NCBI GenBank assembly: GCA_000708835.1 | Contig: DF237284.1 | Coordinates: 1 to 51,822 of the forward strand | Direction: 5' to 3' | DNA length: 51,822 nt | Source of the DNA: Klebsormidium nitens | Taxonomy: Eukaryota; Plantae; Klebsormidiophyceae | Shown here: positions 35,401 to 46,000 of the stretch, one piece after another | How the letters are laid out: every line of letters starts with the position of its first letter | Position numbering within the stretch: position 1 is the first letter of the stretch | Program-made: the position numbers and the translations under genes | Notes under the pieces: generated by a model | The model's input: only the letters and a program-made list of their open reading frames with translations | The model's database searches: none | What the model was told of the DNA's origin: nothing

Positions 35401-37159
35401 CTGCATTAGAGGATGGAACCAGCTTTAGGATTTGGGTTAGCGGCCGTAGCCGCTGGGTTAAGGGTTGACCGACAGTAGAGGCATACACAAAGCAGAACGG
35501 GGTCACGAAGGTCTGGGGACACAGCAGACGTCGGGTGATATCTGGATGCGAGCCACAGGGAATAAGGGCACCAAAGTAGGGCAGGTTTCCATTTGTCTTT
35601 TTTTTGCTTCGGATTCCCTCCTATGGGGAGGACATGTAATCGTTTGGTCAGGTGCCCTTCCTCAGTCATGTCAAGGAGAAATCTGTGCGATCGAGGACAT
35701 GGGACTTAATCGGGGGTCTAACGTATCAGCGCCTTCTGAGCCTAGTATTGGAATCAGCAGAAGCGAAGCAAATGGTCAAAATGAGCAGGCCATCGGTGCA
35801 TGGGAACGCATTTCTCAAGGCACGGCCCCCATGTGTTTCTTCTAATACATTCATTCCCTGGCTTACCTGCCAGGACAGATCCTGAACTCGCAAAATACTT
35901 GTCTGATCAGAATTTTTTTATGAATGAATCTTGTTGTTCTAAAGTGTCTCTCACCCTTTGAAAGGGTGAGACTTTTTGAGACTCGTAAGACTTTTTCTGA
36001 TATTCAATCCAGTGAAGAGTGATTTGCAGAGTTGATTACTCACCAATATCCCCATAGACCACGCCAGTGGCACGATATGCCAGTCCAATCGTGGCTAGGA
36101 GGCCCGCTTTCTGCAGAACAACGATCTCTATCAGTACTTAGAATCTCAGGCAGGACTCACAAATTGATATATCCTCCTGAAATTCCTGACAGGGTCACCC
36201 TCTTTACAACTTCTGAAGGCTTCAGTCATCAGAAGCGTTGAAACGTATCCTTTATGCAGGAGAAAGTTTGAATATTGAAAGTCCCGAAGTCAATCTGTTT
36301 TTTCCATGAAGCATGAGAAGCAACTCCTTCCAGGTCCCTTGAGGGATTGTCTCCTGAGAATCTTTGGTGAGTTCTCTTGAACATCAAGTAGACCTAGCAA
36401 TGGAAGAGAGCATCATTGAAGAAGCTGGCAAACATCTCCAATATCACGTATCAGAAGGCTCTTTCTTGTACTCTAAATTGAAATTACTGCAGAGAAAAGA
36501 GAAGGAATCAATACAAAAGGGTGAAACACGCCAATAAGAGAAACGAAAATCAGAAAAATGCAAATCAAAGGGGTGTGTAACCTGCAATGACCGATTTCAA
36601 TGCTTGACTTCATAGACAGTCAAAGAAATGACAGAAAGTTTGAACTATTCAGTCAAGAATGAGGATACTCTTTGATCGCCCAGGACTTACTTGGTTCTCC
36701 TTCAATCAAGCAATGCACTCTAGAGATGCTTCAAACGTCTTGTAAAAGACTCCTAAGACGTCTGATTGCTCAAAACCCCTTAATGAGAGACATCCTCTTG
36801 ATCAATCAGGGGTCCAATCTTTCATCATCAATTTGAAACTTTCTGAAGTCCTGCAACTCTGAACGAACCAGGCACGAAAACTGGATCACTTACCAAGTAA
36901 TCAAAGGCAGGCTAAGAAGAAAGCCTGGAACTAGAAGAGAAGAAGTAGGAGGCAGAAAAAAATAGAAGCAAACGCCAAGCAGATCTTAGATCATCAGAGC
37001 AGTCACCTTGGCCAGATGACGCTTCTTCTGCCCTTCAAGATCAGCGTCCCCAGTCCAGACTGACGCTGTGGGCCCCATCTCAACCTCAGGCCTCGTTCCA
37101 TTGACTGAAGACCCCTCACTCGCTGGCTTGATCGTCGCCCCTGCTTTGTCCATGGCCAT
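29497..37159 (-). CDS. KUP: KUP/HAK/KT family potassium transporter
   Basis: Exons 37159-37007, 36110-36044, 35400-35306, 34847-34784, 34370-34053, 33460-33147, 32790-32521, 32223-32118, 31781-31519, 31147-30902, 30429-30286, 29766-29497 keep frame. Signatures [68 protein letters not shown]. The start could instead be the in-frame ATG at 37237. Confidence 0.95.
35949..35971. repeat. 23-bp near-perfect palindrome in KUP intron 2
   Basis: TCTCACCCTTT-G-AAAGGGTGAGA. Confidence 0.8.
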
Positions 37160-38615
37160 GCACGACTTGGACTTGCTCAAGAGCGATCTCAGGGCAAGAA
37201 TGGGAAGGGAGGCGCTCTCAGAGCTCTCTGGAGTCATGCCCCAATCATTAGTTCTGTGAAAAGACAATCTGAGAGAGGTAGTATGGGACGTCGGAGAGGC
37301 GTTTGGCGGAAGGACTGAGGAGACAGTGAGCGCATCTGAGCACTGGTCTTTGGCAGGCACTTTGAAGATCGCTCAAAGGGGCTTTGAGAAGAGGAGGACG
37401 GGTGACGATGAGCGCAATTGGGGTTGAACTTTTTGAAGTGCGCTCTTGGGGCAGTCTCATGGCGTGAGATTGCAGCCTTGCAAAAGCAGCGGTGGCTCTT
37501 GAACCAGGCTGCTTTTCGGCTTTGAGACAGGAGGGATCACTTCACTTTCATACTTTCACGCTGCGAAGACAGCAGCCAAACGTCTTGCTATCTTCGATCA
37601 GGCACGAGGCTGAGGGGGAAGGAGAAACGTCCGCAGATCGGCAGGTCATGCGACCCGCGCAACATGTGCACATGCATAGCTTATATCAGTAGTTGCCTGC
37701 GTATAGTGGAAGACAGGGGCATGCTTACGCAGTGGCAAACGCAGTGGCCTCCGGTAGGCATGCCTTGCCTACGTACGTCAAGTGCGGCAAAGTCGTTTCT
37801 AGGTTCGCTAGGCGCCGGACAAGGCCCTCATGGAGTCATGCATGAGCAGCATTACAGCGGGACGCAAACGAAGAGGCACCGTCCAGCATCATAGCATCAG
37901 CCACAGAACTGCTGTCCTGAGGCTGTGGAGTCCCTAGCTTTCACGTCTAGCTAGTATATGACGACGACATCAGGAGCAAACCGGTTCCTACGGGCTTGTG
38001 CAATGAACGGAATGCTTCGCAAGGAGATTGCGGTTGCTCTTCAAGCTTTCACGTTCCGCGGATCTGTAGCTGACGGCACCAAACCCTATACCACGAACGT
38101 CACGGAACTGCGCGTCGAAGGGTGAGCGCTGGTGTTTAGAGCATCTCCCTTCGACAGCGAAGAGCGACGGATAGTGCACCGAAACGCTCTCGTCCGACCA
38201 GCGCCGTTAGGCCGACCTTTCGGTGCCACGGTCATGTTACGGGCCCGATTCTTGCGCCATGCATGATTGCGTGCGTCTATTGGCGGAGTCTCAGTCACGA
38301 TTCCTGCTGCGCGAGAAGTCGGTACACTTGGTCGGGTTCACCTTTCCGCCCGGTTTGATCTTGTTTACCGGTACCGAGCCCAGATTGTAGTAGGTCATGG
38401 TTGCTGCCCGGGGCATGTTGGAGCCCGCCTCGGTTGGTACTATAGTGACCACTGTCAACACTACCTAGGTACGTTCAAACTTCGGCTGATCCGACAGGCA
38501 CCTTCATGCAGAGCTAGGATTGTCGTCCGATCATCGTGTCGTCCGTCGGATAGTCATCCTGCGCTTGGTCTAGCGGCTAAGGCGTAGGGATTTCCCCTTC
38601 ACTGGGTGATGAAAT

Positions 38616-39470
38616 AAAAGGATGAGCAATCTGAGGACACCACGCTCATCANNNNNNNNNNNNNNNNNNNNNNNNNNNNNNNNNNNNNNNNNNNNNNNNN
38701 NNNNNNNNNNNNNNNNNNNNNNNNNNNNNNNNNNNNNNNNNNNNNNNNNNNNNNNNNNNNNNNNNNNNNNNNNNNNNNNNNNNNNNNNNNNNNNNNNNNN
38801 NNNNNNNNNNNNNNNNNNNNNNNNNNNNNNNNNNNNNNNNNNNNNNNNNNNNNNNNNNNNNNNNNNNNNNNNNNNNNNNNNNNNNNNNNNNNNNNNNNNN
38901 NNNNNNNNNNNNNNNNNNNNNNNNNNNNNNNNNNNNNNNNNNNNNNNNNNNNNNNNNNNNNNNNNNNNNNNNNNNNNNNNNNNNNNNNNNNNNNNNNNNN
39001 NNNNNNNNNNNNNNNNNNNNNNNNNNNNNNNNNNNNNNNNNNNNNNNNNNNNNNNNNNNNNNNNNNNNNNNNNNNNNNNNNNNNNNNNNNNNNNNNNNNN
39101 NNNNNNNNNNNNNNNNNNNNNNNNNNNNNNNNNNNNNNNNNNNNNNNNNNNNNNNNNNNNNNNNNNNNNNNNNNNNNNNNNNNNNNNNNNNNNNNNNNNN
39201 NNNNNNNNNNNNNNNNNNNNNNNNNNNNNNNNNNNNNNNNNNNNNNNNNNNNNNNNNNNNNNNNNNNNNNNNNNNNNNNNNNNNNNNNNNNNNNNNNNNN
39301 NNNNNNNNNNNNNNNNNNNNNNNNNNNNNNNNNNNNNNNNNNNNNNNNNNNNNNNNNNNNNNNNNNNNNNNNNNNNNNNNNNNNNNNNNNNNNNNNNNNN
39401 NNNNNNNNNNNNNNNNNNNNNNNNNNNNNNNNNNNNNNGAGCGTGGTGTCCTCAGATTGTTCATCCTTTT
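38616..39470. repeat. Inverted repeat arms flanking an assembly gap (possible foldback or TIR element)
   Basis: 38616-38647 AAAAGGATGAGCAATCTGAGGACACCACGCTC matches the reverse complement of 39439-39470 at 31 of 32 positions. Confidence 0.85.
38652..39438. other. Assembly gap (N run, 787 nt)
   Basis: Run of N in the sequence. Confidence 0.99.
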
Positions 39471-39710
39471 TTGTGTCGTCCGTCGGATATCCGGCGCGCC
39501 GCTGCAGCAGCCGCGCGCAAAGTTGAATATTCGTCACGGTATGCCGGCCGGCCGGCTCGTACGGTCCAGACTCGGACGAGTCCAAGGCAATCGGACGGCC
39601 GATACACATGCACATGCAAACATCGGGATTCGGCTCGCCAAGCTGGAGTGATCAACTCAAATTTTAGTAGGTAACCCTTTTCAATACTATGATACCAAAC
39701 CCTCGGGCGG

Positions 39711-39736
39711 CCGCGCCTCTCGCCCGAGAGGCGCGG
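39711..39736. repeat. GC-rich hairpin upstream of the TMEM135-like gene
   Basis: CCGCGCCTCTCG-CC-CGAGAGGCGCGG. Confidence 0.8.
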
Positions 39737-40022
39737 GGGCCGGCCGCCGGACAATCCATACTCAACGCGCCCTGACATCGCAGCCGTCGATATGCACTTT
39801 TATCGAAGACCAGAGCTGAGATGATGATTGTATAGCAAATAGCATGCCACGTGTCAGGAATTGAAAAGTGCAGCTCGCATGCTCATGCAGCATGGCACCT
39901 TTCTCAGCTTTTCTGAACTTAGCATGGTGCCAGGAAAAGTTGGGTGCCATACCGGTAGTGGCGGAGGGGAGATAAGAAAGTAATCTTTAGGGCTTGCTCC
40001 AGAATTAAGCAAAAAGGCCGCC

Positions 40023-43000
40023 ATGGAGCCCCACGTTGCAGAAACAAGCGGTGCCTCTGAGCTTGAGCATGTACACGCCAATCACATCGGAAGGATGGTC
40101 GACCCGAGCGCGGTCGCAAAGCTGAAGGCAAATATTGAAAAGATAAACAGTGCGGCGAGCATTAGTCGCAAGTACGAGCAACTGCAAATGAACGGTGCTG
40201 ATCATCTCAATGAGCACGTAGAAAAGCCAGTCAAAGAGGGCAGGGTAGCTTCTTACAATGACCTGACCAGAAGGCATGAGTGCGATTGTGAGGTGGAGCT
40301 TTCCGACAGAGAGATTCATCTCAGAGCATTGCGGCGCTTTGTGTTGGCTGCGATCAAGGGCTTTGTTATTGGGGCGGGGTTGAAAGGGGGCCTTGCCCTT
40401 TTTGGAGTCCTTGCAAAACTGCAAAAGCGGTTGAGACGCAGGTATGCATACTGACTGAGACTAGCGGTGTGATGCTCGAGAATGCTAGGAGCCAGATATC
40501 AAAAAAGTCACCAAGGTGCATTGGAGTCTAATGTCTTGCTTGGTGAGGGGTAGCTCGTCAAATGCAAAACGTTGAAAAGATTATTTTCAAAATCAGACAA
40601 TAGTGTCCTAAATCCTGACACCTAGACATGCTGAGCTGCCAAATCTTGGGGCCTGCTGCAACTGATATGTTTTGATCCAGGTTGAGTTTGAGCCAGGTTG
40701 ACATACATATGGAGAACCGGGCGTATGCACTTGAGTGAAGTCCAGCTAGGTCAAGCGCACGCGCTCCGCCCCATGCCCACCTAAGCCCCAAACTGACCCC
40801 ACTTGTCTTGTGTCACTGGCCTATATCAACCTGGCTGTATCTCAACCAGAAATTGATAGTACTTATGTTTATGATGGTGGTGGAAATGAAGAAATGTGGC
40901 TCAGAAACTGAAGCTCCAACGTCGCCCTATTGCTGTTGGCCTGATTCCTGGCTTTTTTTGTGCTGGCGAATGAGACAATCATGTTAAGTCGAGGAACAAT
41001 AAGCACTCTCCAGGAGTGCGGTTGTGGTCAGTAGTGGTTGAAAATCATTGCACATCAGGTGTTGGCCATTACAGAGGACCCCTGTATTTGGCCTGGAGTG
41101 ATACTCAATCTCTAAACCCCCGTACCACCTTCAGCAAGTTGCTGAAAACAGGTCACCCATCCCCGTTGCCAGGGTGGTTGCCTGCAGTCATCATTTCACT
41201 CGTAGGACTACTCCGCTTCTTAGAGAGCCCCCGTGGCTGAAAGCTGGTTTGCAAGGAACCGATCCAAGTGCTAAAGCATTCTGCAAGTACAGGGGCGCCA
41301 CTTGGGATATGGTTAGTTGAGAATCATGAAAGAGATTCCACAGTCGCAATTGGCAGACTATGTACCCTTAAGATGAGATGGCATCACAGACGGGTTGCAG
41401 GGTAGTCGAATTGTGCTGGTGTGTAAGTCTCCCTAATCGACAATTCAACAGTAAAGTGCATCTCCGACGGAGCTTGAGGAAGCAGCAGCTCTTCAATCAT
41501 TACACAACCCAGAGGTTCTGCCACAGCCGCTCTGTAGATACTCGCACGGTCACAATCCGGTCAGGCCACGTTATACTGAGTATCATCCAACCATGCCTAC
41601 AGGCAAAAACTAGAAAAGGGAGATTTGCGGACGGGCCTCGAACTCGGGCACGCCATCCAAAGCACCTGGCGGTACGGACTATTCTTGGGGTCGTTTGCCG
41701 GGGGCTTTACTGCGGTCGACGAAATAGTGGCGTACATATGGGGGCATAAAAGGTGAGCAGGCGGGGCTGGTTATTCAAGTACTGTCCTGTCCACTGTTAT
41801 CGTGACAATAAGCTACGTTTTTGATGGTTTGTTTCTGTCCATACTTGCCTACGGATTCCTTAAACGGTATGTATGACAGTCGAGGGCATATTTAGAAAGC
41901 TGGATATATCCTTACATGCATTCGTCAGGCCGTTTCGAAAGAGATGTGTTCATCTCAAGCCTGCCAGCCCCCGCAAACGCCCTCACTACTTGTTCCACTA
42001 TAACAGGACTGCCAGGTGGCGCGCGCTCATTGGCGGAGCGCTGGCGGGCCCCGCGCTGTTGCTCACGGGCAGCAAAGAGCGGCACACGAGCATGGCGATT
42101 TACATTCTGGTGCGGGCGGCGGTCCTGACAGTGCGGTGCGGCCTCAAGAGCCGGCGCTTCGGGTGGCTGTTCACACCGTTCGGCTGGCGGCATGGGGACG
42201 CGTTCCTCATGTGCCTGAGCTCTCTGCAGATTCTGTGAGTACGGACCGAAACGCTTAATTTTCTGCAGGGGAGTAATTGTTTTCTTCTTGGGTTCGGGCC
42301 CTATCCCGGTGACGCCTCGACTTTTGAGGCCGCCGGTTTCGTTTGGCTGGCAGTGTATGCGTGCGAGGAGAGCCGATTACTTTCGTCGCACAGAACCTCT
42401 CGTAGCTTCTTGAGATTTGAATCGGCTCTACTTTTCAGACATCTAATTGTTTTCGAACATCCTCTGGTTTGTCTGGCGAGCGCTATGGGCGTGGCTTACG
42501 ATTGCGCGTTGCCCCACGTTCTCGTGGCTGCCTGGCTATCCTGCTTAGACTCTATGTTTAAGTCGTCTGATCGACGCGTGTGTTTGTTCTGATATTCCTG
42601 GTATCCAATGACATGAATTCTTGACATTCTCAGATTTCCTGGACTTTTAAACGACTATCTTTCGTTAACGTACCAGACCTTGTGTTCGACGCCGAAGGAA
42701 GAACATCGGCAGGTCGACGCAATGTCTGCTAGAAAGAAACCTCATCTATCGCTGTGGCTCCTTCTTCTTGAGAAATCTGGCGAAGCAAGTGAAATCTCTT
42801 CCAAAAAGTGAGGACTTCCGTCCTTCTTCCGGTCCTCAGGTCCGCCTGGATCCTGTACCCCTCCACGCTCCCCCGCTCCTACGTCAACTTCCTCAACAAG
42901 CACGGCGGCAAAGACGTCTCCATCATCGAAAACATCCGCGACCTAGCGCACCGCCGGACCCCCCTGCGAAACCTCGACGCAGTGCGGCGTGCATACGCCT

Positions 43001-46000
43001 CCGCGGGCCGGGGTGACGTCAGCCTTGACGCCAGCATGGCCGTCCCGTGCTCGATGTTGCACCCAGGGCAGGCGTGCGGGCCGCACGTTCTGCGGTTCCT
43101 GTGGGGCGCATACAGACGCGCGCTGCCGGTCTACATCCCGGTGTATTTGATCCCCGCACTAGTTGTGCACCGCCAGAACCTCTTCAGAAAGTAAGTACGA
43201 GCATGCGCTTCCGGTTTACGTCCCGGTGTCTTTCATTCCCGTATTAGTTGTCAATGGCCAGACCTCTTCGGAAAGGGCGTACAAAAGCGTGCTCCCAGAC
43301 TACGTCCCGGTGTATTTGATCCCTGCGCTAGTTGTCCACCGCCAGAACCTTTTCAGAAAGTAAGTTCGCGCATGCGCTTCCGGTTTACTTTTATTTCCGC
43401 ACTAGTTGTCAGTTGCCAGATATTTTCAAAAAGCACGTACGCGCTCTTCGGTCTGTGTCCCGTGGTATTTGTTCGCCGCGCTAAGTGTTCACCGCCAGAG
43501 CCTTTTTAGGAGGTCAATACGCGCATGCGTTTCCGGTTTACGTCCCCAATGGCTTTCAATCCCGCTGAAGTCATCAATTGCCAGACATTTTCAGAAAGTA
43601 CGTCCGGGTGTCTCTCCCTGCGCTAGTTGTGCACAAACAGAACCTTCTTCGGTATTGAGTTGCGTTGTTCAGGAGATTAGGGATGCTTTATCTCTACTTC
43701 TGGAGCTTGGGACGTGATCCGTTCTTCAGAGTTTGGGCTCGTCGTTGAGAGCACTTTCTAAGTACTTGCAGGACAGCTCAAGTTCCTTTCTACATTCAGT
43801 CCTGCCTCGGCCGAGATGTATGGCCGTTCCTCTGCAGTCCCTCCAAATCGACGAAAGGCTTCAATTTTGGATAACGTGGATAACCAAATACCGACTGACA
43901 CCTTAGTCAATTCCAATGTCAACTCATTCTTCACGCTAACGTCGAGGCCAAACTGGAACAGTGGATGTAACCTTCGCTTCACCCTGACATTGTCATGATT
44001 TTTTTCCTGCCCTTACCTTGACCCTGACCTTGACCTTGGACTTGGCCGTCATTTTGACCATGACCTTGGTTTTGACCCTGATTTGATCTTGACCTTGACC
44101 TTAACCTTGACCTTAACCGTTGCCCGTTTTGCCCGCAGGCCGTTGCCCATTTTGTCCAAGGTCGCCTTGGGAACCGCCCGCTCGAGCCTCTTCCTCTCGT
44201 GTTTCTGTGCGGGAGCCTGGTGAGTACTGCGACGCAGCACTAGGTCTATGCTGCGATTCTTGGATGATCCCTTAAATGCGTGCCCCGTCATTCCAGCGCT
44301 GCTTGATGCCGGAACAAAGCGATGAGTAGTTTGCAAAGATTCGCCTATTCTCACTTGCAATCGGATCGCGGTTAGCCAACAGAAAAGCAAAGTCACTATT
44401 GGAAGCGGCAACTATTTTTAGGGCCTGTGAAGAACAAACAGCTGACCTAATTTGTCAACTGGCTAATGCAGGTTGTTTACGTGTACAATTCATCAAGCCG
44501 CCGGCTGGTGTGGACCCAGTACTCTGAGAGCTGGCGCAGTAAGTTCCCAGTGGCTCGCGGCGTGTTCATTCCTTTTTCTGGTTTGATGCTCGGGAAGTTG
44601 ATGTTCGGGAAGAGAGAATGATGTGCCCATTGCATCGGCGCAGATGTATGCAAAGTATTGATATAAGTGGTCGAACAGAAGTAGCATTTCAGAAAGCGCA
44701 CCGAGAATGAGACCAACTTGAGTTGCCGTGAGGGGCGCAGAGGATTGTCGAAAACCAAGCCGAAACAAGGGTTAGCAGAAACGTCGGTTGAAGCACGTGA
44801 TCCCTCTTTCTTTTCACGGTCCGCAGTACGGACTCGTTTGTTCGCTCGACCACTCTTTACTGATGTTAGTCAATTCCGCCAATTCCGCATTGTTCACTGG
44901 CCATTAGATGTTGAGATGAGCATGTTGGGTGATTCGTAAGCTGATTTGTAAGGTAACAGCGCTGACTTTTCTTAATTATGTCCGATAAGTCTCCCTATAT
45001 CAATGTTGGCGAACGCGAGCCATGCCAAAACTTTCCCCCTTCGCAATTTCCGCATCCCCGTCAAAGATTCCCTATCTTGCAAGGCTTTCAAGCTATGCGC
45101 ATTGATTGGCTGAGTGCTGCTGCCCCCATTGCTGGCTTTGCAAATCCCTCGTCTCAGACTTCCGCACCTCATTCATCATCAGTCCACCCGTTTTAGAATC
45201 CCTGGTCTCTTCTGCACGGTCGAGCTTGCCTTCTTGCGTCCCTTACCGCAAAAGAAAATCTCGTATCCTTCGCTGCGAACGAGTTTCTCTGCAGTTGTAT
45301 CAAAAGAGCAGGCCACAGTGAAGCTAACCCAAAAAGCAAGCGGGAAGAGGTGGCTCAAAACGGAGACTAAGGTGTTTGCCGCCCCTTCACATCATCTCGC
45401 ACCGCAATTTCCGGCGGTCGTGCTGAAGAAGGAGCCGCCAAATGGAGCTCAACTTTGAGCCCCCAAGTCGAACGCGATTGATCTTGGATCAAGTCCAAGC
45501 AAAGCAAACCCCGAGTGTGAATACGCTAACCCGACTATTTCCGTACTACAGTTTTTTGCGGTTTGGCGGTCCTCCTCGCGCAGAAGAGCCGGCGGATGGA
45601 GCTCGCGCTCTAATGCCCAACGTCAAACGCACTGACTTTCAACAGAACCCTGGTCAACAACAACCTTCTCTAAGCGCAGGTTTGATCGTGCTGCAGTTTC
45701 TGGCGGGTTGTGGGGTCTTCTTCAAGACAAGAAGAGCCGGCAGATGGAGTTAACTTTCACCCGGATTTCAAAATCAAAGATTTTCAAAACATTCTTAAGT
45801 CAAGGCTGTTTTGTCCTGATTTCCACTAACCCCACCCTTAACCATGCCGCAGTTTCCGGCGGGCCTGGCGGTGCTTCTCGAGAAAAGGAGCTGGCAGATA
45901 GAGCTCACTCTCACCCGTAAGTCTAAGGCATCCATTCTGAATTGACGTTCAGTTTGTGCTAACTTCACCACTAACCCCACCCTTACTCATGCTGCAGTTT

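Noticed and set aside
36120-36990. AT-rich KUP intron 1 as a possible nested gene or retroelement relic
   Set aside because: The frames examined are interrupted by stops and show no recognisable motif.
38599-39674. Long ORFs spanning the second gap
   Set aside because: They are artefacts of the N run.
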